This document shows positions 1 through 10,208 of a stretch of 64,000 nt of DNA, one piece after another (positions within the stretch are counted from its first letter, which is position 1; every line of letters starts with the position of its first letter). The translations under genes were made by a program, and so were the position numbers. A model generated the notes under the pieces. It was not told the origin of the DNA. It saw only the letters and a list, made by a program, of their open reading frames with translations, and did no database searches. The stretch lies in the IMG/VR virus record IMGVR_UViG_3300043567_000723; one strand, written 5' to 3'. The stretch is from a virus (Duplodnaviria > Caudoviricetes).

Positions 1-2
1 AA

Positions 3-362
3 CTAGCCGACGCAACAGGTCTATCTGTTCGCCGTATTCGAAAAATACGCGCATTTAATCAGCCGGTCGCAGAAGGCATGACAACTCGTGATGTCGGCCC
101 GGATGATAATTATGGCGGCGACTCGGCCAGTAACATACCCGGCAGCACCCGCTCGGCTGATGCGTGGTTCAAATTTGTATACGAAGATTTGAGCCCCGTT
201 GACCGTCTGATTGCCGATATGACGCTAGGACGCAATGGCCGAAAAAAGACAAGCACGCAAGACATAGCGCGGCGTTTAAACATTACCCCCGGGGCAGTAA
301 GTCAACGCGCGGCAAAAATTCAAACAATGCTCGATAAGCAGTACACGCACGGCGGATTTTAA
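3..362 (+). CDS. Sigma-70-family RNA polymerase sigma factor, C-terminal part (5' end outside window)
   Basis: Frame is open back to window start: LADATGLSVRRIRKI (region-3-like HTH), then STQDIARRLNITPGAVSQRAAKI (region-4-like HTH). Confidence 0.7.
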   Translation, partial: LADATGLSVRRIRKIRAFNQPVAEGMTTRDVGPDDNYGGDSASNIPGSTRSADAWFKFVYEDLSPVDRLIADMTLGRNGRKKTSTQDIARRLNITPGAVSQRAAKIQTMLDKQYTHGGF

Positions 363-372
363 GGAGTAACAT

Positions 373-834
373 ATGGCCCCCGGAACAGGAACGTCAAAAG
401 GACAGCTCGACGGCAAATTCACCGCACGAATTGAAGAGCTAGAGCAACGCGCACAAAAAATGTCGGAGTCTTTCAAGACTACCGATCTGCGGCCGTGGCA
501 CACACCGGAGGACATGAAAGGTTACGACCTACTTGACGTGCCGGGCATACACGAGCCGTCTTGGAATCGCGATAACATTAATCAGCTGTATTCTGAGTCG
601 ATTTTGGCGGGGCCGGGGAAAACAGGTGGCACCACGGGCGATTTAATCGCTATGAAGTGGCAGGCTGATTTTATGGCCGCAGAAGAGCGGGCATGGCGCA
701 CACGGCACGCCAGTTTTGTTCGCTGCGCGTGCTTTATGCACGGCCGACTTGACGGGCACGGGAAGTCAGGAATAAGTGTGTTCTCGTTCTTCAAGGATGG
801 TGTAAACTCATACATTAAAGCCGGACAGTCGTAA
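373..834 (+). CDS. Hypothetical protein
   Basis: SD AAGGAG before ATG; operon spacing. Confidence 0.8.
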   Translation: MAPGTGTSKGQLDGKFTARIEELEQRAQKMSESFKTTDLRPWHTPEDMKGYDLLDVPGIHEPSWNRDNINQLYSESILAGPGKTGGTTGDLIAMKWQADFMAAEERAWRTRHASFVRCACFMHGRLDGHGKSGISVFSFFKDGVNSYIKAGQS

Positions 835-844
835 AGGTCTGTAA

Positions 845-1312
845 ATGAGCATAGCTGACTACGCAAATCGAAAATACGATTTTCTTGCTTTTCAAAACGT
901 CAACACGGCGCGCGAAAGCAAGTTAGGGCTCATGCTCTATGACGAGGACACGAGCGGTAAAATTTGCGTAGGTATACAGAAACTGGCACAGCGCTGGACC
1001 CTTGAATTTCTCACTGAAAAAGGATCCATGACCGGCTTATCGACCCGCGGCTGCGACTTTATGACGCTTGTGCGGCGCGGGCAACTTCACACACAGCTGG
1101 ATGTGACGCAAAGCTTTTACGCGTCGGCAATACGCATTCGATCAACACTGCAGGCCGAAGAATACGCTGGGATGCCTGACGACGAAAAACTATCTGACGC
1201 GGATTTAATCTCCGTAGCGATCCTTCCCGGATACATAAACATACGCGTTATGGTTGAGAGCGTAGCGGGGAATGAGCGCGCAATAATTCTACCAATAGAA
1301 ACACTGCCGTAG
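845..1312 (+). CDS. Baseplate wedge gp25-like protein
   Basis: GIQKLAQRWTLEFLTEKGS..RGCDF pattern, size, position directly before J-like gene. Confidence 0.6.
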   Translation: MSIADYANRKYDFLAFQNVNTARESKLGLMLYDEDTSGKICVGIQKLAQRWTLEFLTEKGSMTGLSTRGCDFMTLVRRGQLHTQLDVTQSFYASAIRIRSTLQAEEYAGMPDDEKLSDADLISVAILPGYINIRVMVESVAGNERAIILPIETLP

Positions 1313-1319
1313 GTGTCAT

Positions 1320-3032
1320 ATGCCGATTGAAATTTCCAGCTTAAAACAGCTCGACGAAGCGAAAGTACAGCGCATGGTCGCGACGCTTTCGCAGTGGATG
1401 GCGGAGCGCCACCCTGACGTCGAGCTGACCCGCGGCGTATTTCACGACCTTGTGTTGTATTTTGACGGCTTATTAAACGCAGCTATTCAAGAGAATATTG
1501 ACCGGGTGCGGCAAAGCAACAGCCTTTTAAAGATTAACGAAGACCCGACCCTTGCCGATACCGAGGTTGTAGATCAGGTACTGTCTAACTTCAACTTAAC
1601 CCGCGATAACGGTACGCCGGCAGTCGGTGTCGTTACTGTGGTGTTTAATTCGGCCACGCGGACAGCCATCTCGCTTGCTACTCGGTTTACGGCTGAGAAC
1701 GATCAAGTGGTATTTCTGCCGACAGAAGCTTTTATCGTCCTACCGCCAACCGCGACGGCAACCGCGTCTAACGAGCGTAAGATGATCGCCGTGGGCGACG
1801 GTACGTACGCGGCAAACATCACGGTAGTCGCTGCCGCTGTGGGCGCCGCTGGCAATATACGGCGCGGCACAAAATTAACACCTAATAGCGCGCTGAACAA
1901 CGTTGCGGATGTTTACGCTAACGCTGATTTTATTAAGGGCAAAGATCCCAGCACAAACGAAGCGTATCTTTCAAAGTTAGCACCAGCTCTCGCGGCAAAA
2001 ACAATCGGTAGCCGCCAGAGTTATTCCGCGGCTATTTTGAATCAGACAGCGTTTGCAAATATTCAGAACCTTTCGATCTTGGGCTGCGGCGACGCGGAAC
2101 AGCAGCGCGATCAGCACAGCTTATTTCCGATCTCTGGCGGTGGTAAGGTTGACATCTACGCGCAGACGAACGGTTACTCACAGGAAAAAGAACATTTACT
2201 TGAAGCCACGTATGTCGGACCGAATGCCGCATATAACCGTAGCGTGTCTTCTAACTGCAGCCCCGCCGGCTTAGGCAGCTCGACAACGCTGGGAACGATC
2301 TGGCAGGTAACAATTGCCCGCGACACGGCCCCCGGTTTTTACGAAGTCGTGCGAGTTGCGGTGCCGGGTGCGGATAACGACAGCGGCTACGGAATCGTTA
2401 GTGATGACCGCGGCGTAGATTTCTCTGACATTGAATTTGTGCCAGACATCCTCTACATCCCTGAAAGCGCATACACGCGATACCAGACGGCCATCATTCG
2501 ATTTGAAGACACGGACACACAGCCGTCCAGCGCTCTTATTCCGGGCGAGAGCAAAAAAATATACGCTGTGACAACAACTGGAATGCCGCTCATCGCTGAG
2601 TTGCAGGACTACATGAGTTCTCGCGACGTGCGTGCCCGCGGAACAGACGTTCTTGTAAAAGCTGCTGTGCCCTGTTTCACAAAGATATCATTTGAAATTA
2701 TGAAACCGGCTAGCGCGGCTGATCCTGACATTTCTGCGATTCAGCTAGCCATCAGTTCTGCTATTTCGCAGGTCGGCTTTTCGGGGCAGCTACACTCGTC
2801 AGTAATTAGCAATGTCGTACACAAATACCTGAGCGGCAAACAGGCGCTCGGCAGCATAGACATGTTTGGACGAATCAGGCGCCCAGATGGCTCGTTCGAT
2901 TATGTGCGGGATAACACAATTCTGTATATGCCGACAGACTATCAGCGCCTTGTCACTGGGCGCACAACTGCATTTTTAACAAGCCCGGAAGATGTGTCTG
3001 TATCTATCAAAGCCACAGATTTTTTGAGCTAA
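1320..3032 (+). CDS. Baseplate J-like (gp6-type) wedge protein
   Basis: LSNFNLTR..PAVGVVTVVF, VVAAAVGAAGNI, GGKVDIY motifs typical of Baseplate_J. Confidence 0.75.
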   Translation: MPIEISSLKQLDEAKVQRMVATLSQWMAERHPDVELTRGVFHDLVLYFDGLLNAAIQENIDRVRQSNSLLKINEDPTLADTEVVDQVLSNFNLTRDNGTPAVGVVTVVFNSATRTAISLATRFTAENDQVVFLPTEAFIVLPPTATATASNERKMIAVGDGTYAANITVVAAAVGAAGNIRRGTKLTPNSALNNVADVYANADFIKGKDPSTNEAYLSKLAPALAAKTIGSRQSYSAAILNQTAFANIQNLSILGCGDAEQQRDQHSLFPISGGGKVDIYAQTNGYSQEKEHLLEATYVGPNAAYNRSVSSNCSPAGLGSSTTLGTIWQVTIARDTAPGFYEVVRVAVPGADNDSGYGIVSDDRGVDFSDIEFVPDILYIPESAYTRYQTAIIRFEDTDTQPSSALIPGESKKIYAVTTTGMPLIAELQDYMSSRDVRARGTDVLVKAAVPCFTKISFEIMKPASAADPDISAIQLAISSAISQVGFSGQLHSSVISNVVHKYLSGKQALGSIDMFGRIRRPDGSFDYVRDNTILYMPTDYQRLVTGRTTAFLTSPEDVSVSIKATDFLS

Positions 3033-3033
3033 C

Positions 3034-4752
3034 ATGCACAAGCGCGTATTTGTATACCCCGGATCAGATCTTGACCGCAGTCGTAATATGATTGCGGCGC
3101 TGGGTAGCTTCTGGTCTCGCATATACGAAGGCTCAGACCAGATTTCGTCGTACGTCACTGCCACGGCATTACTGGCAAACCAGACGTACTTAAATCTGCT
3201 TGAAGTAGTTGCCGCGACAAGCCGTTACGACATACCGCTGTTTCACACAGAATACATTACGCCAATTGTTTTACGGCGGTCAGAACAAAACTCTGCGCGC
3301 ACAACAATTACGCAGTTCGATCGCAACGACAAGGTATTTGACGGCGACCTGCGGTTTGATACGCCGCCGACAACAGATCTGTTTTCGTTTCCGCTGCCGG
3401 AAGCACTCGCGAACGTCATGCATGTTTTCAACCGCATTACGTTCCCGACCGCGGTACTGACAAAGAACATCGGTTTCATAATAGACCGCGACCGGCACGC
3501 AATCGTATTTAAAGAAAATCCGTTCGACAACCCGAGCTTCTTGCGCCGGCCGGTTACAGATGCGCCAGAACCAGACGAAGAAATAACGCTATGGGGTTTT
3601 CGCGGTGAATTTGATTACGACTTTATCTTCGATCAATTTGCATACGCTGTTAGCCTTAAACTTCAAACCAGTCAGGGCTATAAAGAATTAACCAACGCCA
3701 TCATTAGCGGTTTAATCGAAGGCGGCGCTACATCTGCCATCCTCGACGCTGCGCTTGCTGCTATATGCGGTGTTCCAGTCAGCATTGACCCGCAAGAAAC
3801 AGTAGAAGCCATTGAGACTGATAATGGCGGCTTGTTTATTGCTACGGATAAAAATGTATATCGATTTGCCGATAATGCTATTCCGCGCGTAACCGTTGAT
3901 CAAGTAATACCGGCCGGAACGCAGTTAATTCAGGCCATTGAAATCAGCGAGTTTTTTGTCGGCAACGCGTACACACCCAATAGCGGGGAGCAGCGTGTTA
4001 TTTGTTGCCCGGCGCCAAACAACATCCTGTCCACGAATGTCTGGGAGGAGTTAACAACAGAAGACAGCGCCGAAATACTGCTGGATCCAAGTGACAAAGA
4101 ATGCACCGCGCGACGAAGCGTAACAGCCTTGGCGCTCGACAGCGGATTCTTAGCCGCCTGCTTTTACGGCAACCTTGTGTTCGAGAATAAGGTTGTGCCA
4201 CTTGAGATCGACACGGCGCACCCCAGCGGGCATACGTTTGTGAAGTTTAAAGTGGGCGGCTTACCCGCTGACGTAGACTGGTTTTTTGACGAGGTCCACC
4301 ACCGCGGTATTTTATCGGCACAGGCGCCCGCAGATAACTGCCACAAAAGGCGCAGAAAAGGGACGCTCGCGAACCTGCTCGACAGGCGTGTAAATCCCAG
4401 CGGAAATCCCGGCCCAGAGCACCTACCGAAAAACATTAATCCGCTTCGTTTTCTGATCGAAAACGTGCTGCGAAACAATGTATTTATTGTGCGTATTCTC
4501 GTTTCAGCGTTGGGGCAAAATAGGCTCGGCCTGTACAATATTAGACAGCTGCGACAACTTTTGCCGCCCCAAACGGCAATGATCACAATTTTCGAGCTTG
4601 ACGCCGGTAAAGATAGCATAAACGCCGAAAACCAGATCAGTGACGCTATAACGTACTTTAGAGGGATGACACCGATAGCTGACACGGTACCGGTGTCGCT
4701 AGTGCAGGATATTGGCGCGACAGCAAAATTAATATCTGGAACTTGCCAGTAA
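3034..4752 (+). CDS. Baseplate wedge/tail structural protein
   Basis: 572-aa ORF abutting baseplate J; N-terminal LGSFWSRIY pattern. Confidence 0.6.
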   Translation: MHKRVFVYPGSDLDRSRNMIAALGSFWSRIYEGSDQISSYVTATALLANQTYLNLLEVVAATSRYDIPLFHTEYITPIVLRRSEQNSARTTITQFDRNDKVFDGDLRFDTPPTTDLFSFPLPEALANVMHVFNRITFPTAVLTKNIGFIIDRDRHAIVFKENPFDNPSFLRRPVTDAPEPDEEITLWGFRGEFDYDFIFDQFAYAVSLKLQTSQGYKELTNAIISGLIEGGATSAILDAALAAICGVPVSIDPQETVEAIETDNGGLFIATDKNVYRFADNAIPRVTVDQVIPAGTQLIQAIEISEFFVGNAYTPNSGEQRVICCPAPNNILSTNVWEELTTEDSAEILLDPSDKECTARRSVTALALDSGFLAACFYGNLVFENKVVPLEIDTAHPSGHTFVKFKVGGLPADVDWFFDEVHHRGILSAQAPADNCHKRRRKGTLANLLDRRVNPSGNPGPEHLPKNINPLRFLIENVLRNNVFIVRILVSALGQNRLGLYNIRQLRQLLPPQTAMITIFELDAGKDSINAENQISDAITYFRGMTPIADTVPVSLVQDIGATAKLISGTCQ

Positions 4753-4761
4753 GGAAGCATT

Positions 4762-5391
4762 ATGGCTGCTGACAACATTAACCCGGAATTTGGCGTTAAG
4801 GGCCGCGTTACGCTCTGGCACGTTGACGACAAGACTGGATTAAAAATCCCTTTCTGGTCGCAGCCAAACCAGATCCAGTACGCGTGGGGTTATATTGCGG
4901 CAAAGCAGCTTGGTTATCGCCGGCAGGCCGATAGGCCCGACTACCACATTTCGGCCATGTACATTGAGTACGAGAATCAGGCAAATCCGGCCACGGTTAT
5001 CTCAACGCCTTCTTTCACCAGAAATATCGACATTAGTTATTACAACGATCTGGTGTCTTCGTCTACGCGTAATTATCTGCGCGTTCCTCTGAGCCTCGAA
5101 CCGGCACTCAGCGTCTCGACTGGTTACGAAGCCAATTTGCCTGTTAATCAGTCTGGTAATCAACTAACGTTTTTTGCGCAGACAGCCGCCGCGTCAGCTG
5201 TGTACTCCGGCGCTGGTCGGGCGTTTGATACAACCAGTAAAGTTTTTGCTGCCTGCCTTGTCGCTGCTCCAGTTTTTAGCGACCGGACGAAAGATGTCAT
5301 TTTTGCGCGGACGCAATTCAGCGGCTCAAATCAAGTAACAAAAGAGCCGTCGTCGCAAATCGGCATCACTTGGGATATCGCGTTTCTTTAA
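4762..5391 (+). CDS. Virion structural protein (baseplate/fibre-attachment candidate)
   Basis: Operon position; beta-rich composition. Confidence 0.5.
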   Translation: MAADNINPEFGVKGRVTLWHVDDKTGLKIPFWSQPNQIQYAWGYIAAKQLGYRRQADRPDYHISAMYIEYENQANPATVISTPSFTRNIDISYYNDLVSSSTRNYLRVPLSLEPALSVSTGYEANLPVNQSGNQLTFFAQTAAASAVYSGAGRAFDTTSKVFAACLVAAPVFSDRTKDVIFARTQFSGSNQVTKEPSSQIGITWDIAFL

Positions 5392-5420
5392 TCGCACAAT
5401 TTTACCGCCGGAGGACAAGG

Positions 5421-7529
5421 ATGTCCGGAAACTGGCTACATAACATCAAGCACGTCAACGCCGGGGAACCGGTGCAGGCTGGCATTGTATCGCGACCAGA
5501 TCGCACGCTTGAAAACCGCACTGAATATTTAAAAGACCGGCTTGACGCGGCAGCGCTCGGTCGCGCGCTGTTCGATACTGACGCGACGATTGCGCCTGAC
5601 GTTTTAGCGGGGCAACCTGTCTACTGGAACTACACAGAGAAACGTTACGAGCTGGCTATCGCTGCTGTAGCCGTTGATAACACTACACAAGCGTTAAACG
5701 TCCAACCGTCGTCTGACTGCGTTGGCTTGTGCTTGCGCAAAAAGTCTGACACGCGAGGCGACATCGTTTTGCGCGGTATCGTGGAGGTGCCGGATCTGGG
5801 CAACGCCATTAATGGCAATATTCAACCCGGACGCTATTACCTTTCATCCGCAGAGCCCGGCAAACTTGTAAAACAAAAACCGTCCGTGTCGGTAGCGGTT
5901 TGCCATGTGCAAGGTCCAAAAGACAGCTGCTCTGTCGTCCCGCGCGTATTGGTGATGCCGCATATCCGAGACTTCATTGACGAGCACGTGCATTACCGTT
6001 TTGATCTTGTTGCCCGCCCGGCTGGTACACACACCCCACCAAGCGGCAGCGGTATTCATACAATTAACCCGGCTAACGCCGCGCTACCGGGTTGGCTCCC
6101 CGCCAACAACGCTATTTTTAACGGTAAGGCACCTGCCGGCGCGCTATTTGGCTATAACCTCAGCCAACACACAGCGCTCGCTAATGTGTGGCCGCCGCTA
6201 CCGATTCAGTCTGTAGCCGTATTGTGGGACAAGGGTTCAAGCAGAGTTGGCGCTACGGAAGTTCCACTAGGCAGCCAAGGGTTAGTGGTGTGCGACACAA
6301 ACGGTATTTGGTGGATGAGCAATTGCTACGGCGACGTACCGTGGCCTACGACACTCGACACGACGGCTGTTGTTAGTTCTTCAACGCCGCCAGTCGCAGA
6401 GTGCCCGCGCGAGGAAACTGTGCGCGTATCTGTCGTGTTTCTACGGATGCTACTCGGCAACGACAGAAGCGCGGTAACAAGTTTAGAGCCGGACATTGAC
6501 GAGAGCCCTATTGTCGTTACCAATTGCGACGGGGCGCCTGCTACGACCGGCGACTTACGCCTTGATTTGAATATGCAGGTAACTCCCGGCGAGTCAATTG
6601 GCGGCCGGGCTGTAAAAGAAATCATCAGCGGTAAGAAGCTAAAAACTGGCGGTATTGCCGAAGGCGCATTTACGCTATCGAATCAGCTGCGAATTACGGG
6701 AACACAGGTCACGCCGACACGTACCGTAACGGTGACTATTGCAACGCCGGCTGTTTTCACAGTTGCGAATCACGGGTTTGTTGCGGGATCCGCCGTGCGG
6801 TTTACAACAACTGGCGCGCTGCCGACAGGGATAGTAAGCGACACAATTTATTTTGTTATCAGCGCTGGCCTAACGACAAATACGTTTCAGGTATCAGCTA
6901 CATCGGGCGGGGCCGCGGTTGCTACAAGCGGCGCACAAGCCGGCGTACACTCGGTTGATTACGTACGCCTTTTAACGGCGCAAGAAAAAAGCAAGTTTGA
7001 CATCTCTGGTCAAATTGAGCTGAAGCAGGGTGTACTGAAGATTGAATACACGGATCAATTTGTCGAACGAGAACTACAACCGCAAATAATCAGGTTAAGC
7101 GACACAGTTGAGCGGTTATACACAGACATTCCGTATATTGGATTTCCGGCCGGACAAGAGTCGTTAATTCGTTTGCGGTTTAATGTGCCGTATTCCAATA
7201 TGGGCGATAACCTCGCCATGAAAGTTCGCGTCCAGTATTTTGGTCGCGGTGCTGGCACAATTCCCGCGCTATATTTAACTCGGCGTATTTTACCGTCGCC
7301 GGTTGGAAACGCGCAGCAGCCATTAATTACGGCAGACACGGTTATGTCAAGTTTACTAGCCGTAGGTAGCATGACCGCAGATCAAGTAATACAACGCGAC
7401 AGTGAACCTTTCGCTGTAGCTGAGGGCAACACAGTACTTATCACGCTCGGCCGTGCGGCGAATTCCGCGGATGTTTACGGGGAGGTCGGCGTACTGCGGG
7501 TTACCGGCATTGTTTATAGCACTACTTGA
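5421..7529 (+). CDS. Virion structural protein with an inserted TIATPAVFT..NHG module
   Basis: GGAGG SD before ATG 5421 (ORF track starts at 5370); module common in phage tail proteins. Confidence 0.65.
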   Translation: MSGNWLHNIKHVNAGEPVQAGIVSRPDRTLENRTEYLKDRLDAAALGRALFDTDATIAPDVLAGQPVYWNYTEKRYELAIAAVAVDNTTQALNVQPSSDCVGLCLRKKSDTRGDIVLRGIVEVPDLGNAINGNIQPGRYYLSSAEPGKLVKQKPSVSVAVCHVQGPKDSCSVVPRVLVMPHIRDFIDEHVHYRFDLVARPAGTHTPPSGSGIHTINPANAALPGWLPANNAIFNGKAPAGALFGYNLSQHTALANVWPPLPIQSVAVLWDKGSSRVGATEVPLGSQGLVVCDTNGIWWMSNCYGDVPWPTTLDTTAVVSSSTPPVAECPREETVRVSVVFLRMLLGNDRSAVTSLEPDIDESPIVVTNCDGAPATTGDLRLDLNMQVTPGESIGGRAVKEIISGKKLKTGGIAEGAFTLSNQLRITGTQVTPTRTVTVTIATPAVFTVANHGFVAGSAVRFTTTGALPTGIVSDTIYFVISAGLTTNTFQVSATSGGAAVATSGAQAGVHSVDYVRLLTAQEKSKFDISGQIELKQGVLKIEYTDQFVERELQPQIIRLSDTVERLYTDIPYIGFPAGQESLIRLRFNVPYSNMGDNLAMKVRVQYFGRGAGTIPALYLTRRILPSPVGNAQQPLITADTVMSSLLAVGSMTADQVIQRDSEPFAVAEGNTVLITLGRAANSADVYGEVGVLRVTGIVYSTT

Positions 7530-7546
7530 TTATTGTGTGAGCCGCC

Positions 7547-8488
7547 ATGCCTATTGGAAATTGGAATTTACAGTGGCTCAACCACAACTCTCAGCGGTCA
7601 TACCCGCTGACGGAACGTGCCACAAAGAAAAGTATTGACGGGACCATTACGATCCCGGATAGCTTTATTGTCGCACTGTATTTACCGATTCATTCCGGTC
7701 TTTCTTTTGCGCCAAATAACTTTTTTATCAAAAGCCTGTTAATCGCGCCGACAGGTTTTAACATTGTTGTTGGTTATTCGTCGGGCGGTGTCGCTGTCGA
7801 CGCCGCGGCCGCGAACATTATTCGCAGTAATTACACGCCGAATCAATCGTATGCGCTCGGCGGCGTCGGAAATTTCGATGACTGTGTCGGTCGGATTGTT
7901 CTGGGCAGTCTTGACGAAATCGACAAACTGGCGCCCGGCTTTTACGAGTTTAATCAAGCTGGCGGCGAACTAGAAACAGACGCTATTCGGCCGATGATCC
8001 GCGGCGTTTCACGACTGCGCGTTTTGAACAACAACGAATACAGCGACGCTATTTACGGCGACGTAACGTTGGTTGCGGGTACGAATATTCGCATCACAAC
8101 AACAACGGTAAGTGGTGAGACTCAAATTCGTTTTGACGCGATTTCTGGGCTTAACCTAAACGAAGATTGTTTGTGTAATCCCACTGAGGGTGAATGCATT
8201 CGGTGCATCAACGGTGTCTGCAGCACAGACGGTGACTTTGTAATAGCGTCTGACGACTGCGTACAAATTACGACCATGACAAACGGAATCAAAATCGCGG
8301 ACACGTGTGCGCAGCCGTGTTGCGGTTGCACAGAACTAGACGCCGTCATCGATCAGGTTAATAGATTCGGCGACGGCGTTACTACTCTGCAAAATTTCGT
8401 GACGCGTCTGGGATCTGAAGTCACGCAAATGAGTCTCGTCGTACTCGGTAGCCGCCTTGGCGATTCTGGTTGTTCGAACTCGGGGTGA
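7547..8488 (+). CDS. Cys-rich baseplate/fibre-associated paralogue 1
   Basis: N-terminal SQRSYPL, C-terminal CINGV..GDFVI..DC and CAQPCCGC. Confidence 0.7.
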   Translation: MPIGNWNLQWLNHNSQRSYPLTERATKKSIDGTITIPDSFIVALYLPIHSGLSFAPNNFFIKSLLIAPTGFNIVVGYSSGGVAVDAAAANIIRSNYTPNQSYALGGVGNFDDCVGRIVLGSLDEIDKLAPGFYEFNQAGGELETDAIRPMIRGVSRLRVLNNNEYSDAIYGDVTLVAGTNIRITTTTVSGETQIRFDAISGLNLNEDCLCNPTEGECIRCINGVCSTDGDFVIASDDCVQITTMTNGIKIADTCAQPCCGCTELDAVIDQVNRFGDGVTTLQNFVTRLGSEVTQMSLVVLGSRLGDSGCSNSG

Positions 8489-8491
8489 TTT

Positions 8492-10207
8492 ATGACGTGC
8501 CCCGACTACGTAACATCTAAACGCGGCCGGCAGGGACTCGGCGTTGTTCAGCCGCAAAGCGGTTTGAATTACCCGCTTGTTGCGCCGTCAGCTGACATCA
8601 AATACCTGCTCGCGGATTTTTATTTGAGCTATGACGACGACGGCGAGTATTTTGCAGGTACAACGCCAGCCGTCCATCCGCTACGGATTAAATATCTATA
8701 CGGGGTGGGCTGCTTAGATAACACTCCCGCCAGCGGCTTCCCGGCGAACGTGCACGCGGCTGACGTCGTTATAGTCGACGCAAATGAACGCGTCATTTTA
8801 AACACGAACTCGGTTAACGTAAGTTTTAATGTGCAGCCGTGGGGCGACGATTACAAAATCTACGAGTGGAAAAGCAGCAAAGCTGTGTGCCGGCTCGTAG
8901 CGTACACCACGTGGCCGGATAACGACGGCGTATACACAGATGACGACACGCGCCGCAATTACAACAAGTCGCTTACACCAGCTAATGCAAAACTCGACGA
9001 ACGCGCTGTGTATAAAATGCCGCGGCGGTTGTTATCAATACGCGTTAAAAATGGCCAAACAACGACGGCACAATACCGCAATAAAATAACGTTTGTGAAC
9101 GGGTACAATTCCACAATTACACCAGCAACTGGCACAACAGTAGATTTCAGAAATAACACAAACGTGTTGTTTTCCACAGTAGCCGGTTCTGGTTTAGGAA
9201 AATACGGTGATTGCGGAGATACGACAACTACCGTTCCAATTACAAAAATTAACGGTGTATCAGGTAATGCCGGACACTTTTTAATTTCCGGCACAGATTG
9301 TTTGTGGGCGCGTCGTCCGGTCAACAGCGTAGGAGACGGCGCTGGGGGTGGCTCTACCGCGGAAAGACTACTGGCCGAAGATGGCAGTTTTCTTATTACC
9401 GAAGCCGCTGATTTTGATTATTGGGTTAATGAGACGAATACCAGCAGCGCAATACCAGATAACAACTCTAGTTATATCGTCAGCCCGTCCACAACAGCGC
9501 ACCAACAAATTGGCGCTGATTGCCAACCGTGCTGCGCATGTAGCGACTACTCAGATACAGCCAAATATCTAAATGATACAAGTTATCGATATAAGCTGAT
9601 CGGGCAGCGTGCAGAACGCGTACGAACTGAGCACGAAAATAATATTGCGCGTTGGGCTGACCAGCGCGCGTGCAGCGTTCAGCGACCTTTGCGGCTACTC
9701 TTGATCCCGCAGCGTTGCCCGTTCATGGATATTGTGATGCTGCTGTGCAATCCGTGTAAAAAATGTTTTAAACCAGCGGCGCTCTCCGTCACGCTAAGCA
9801 TCGCCGGAGCAGAAGGAAAAACTATAGTCCCACAACTAGAACGGGGTTATACAGAAATGTACGCCCCGGGAGTAAATAACAGCGTCGTACAGGTTAATAC
9901 CGTCACAAACGGGCTGACATACTCAGTAAACATGCCGGAATTAAAAGCTGGCGACTCAGCGTATGTAAAATTTAGGGTTCGATTCTCGGAAGTGGTGCAG
10001 TACAGCGACGACGCGTTTGGTGTAGAAAAAGCGCGCGGGCAGTATTCAGTTACTGGCACGCTAACTGGTAGTTTTCTCGGCGGCGGTGCCGTTCTTACAA
10101 ACTGCGGAGACAATTTAAACGACGGCGCGGCACCACCGGCCGCGACCGCTCAAACCACACGCGTATTAAATTGCAACTCTGCCGGTCAAACAATAGTGTC
10201 GCAGTAA
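8492..10207 (+). CDS. Cys-rich baseplate/fibre-associated paralogue 2
   Basis: GLNYPL; ITKINGVSGNAGHFLISGTDC; CQPCCAC. Confidence 0.7.
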   Translation: MTCPDYVTSKRGRQGLGVVQPQSGLNYPLVAPSADIKYLLADFYLSYDDDGEYFAGTTPAVHPLRIKYLYGVGCLDNTPASGFPANVHAADVVIVDANERVILNTNSVNVSFNVQPWGDDYKIYEWKSSKAVCRLVAYTTWPDNDGVYTDDDTRRNYNKSLTPANAKLDERAVYKMPRRLLSIRVKNGQTTTAQYRNKITFVNGYNSTITPATGTTVDFRNNTNVLFSTVAGSGLGKYGDCGDTTTTVPITKINGVSGNAGHFLISGTDCLWARRPVNSVGDGAGGGSTAERLLAEDGSFLITEAADFDYWVNETNTSSAIPDNNSSYIVSPSTTAHQQIGADCQPCCACSDYSDTAKYLNDTSYRYKLIGQRAERVRTEHENNIARWADQRACSVQRPLRLLLIPQRCPFMDIVMLLCNPCKKCFKPAALSVTLSIAGAEGKTIVPQLERGYTEMYAPGVNNSVVQVNTVTNGLTYSVNMPELKAGDSAYVKFRVRFSEVVQYSDDAFGVEKARGQYSVTGTLTGSFLGGGAVLTNCGDNLNDGAAPPAATAQTTRVLNCNSAGQTIVSQ

Positions 10208-10208
10208 C

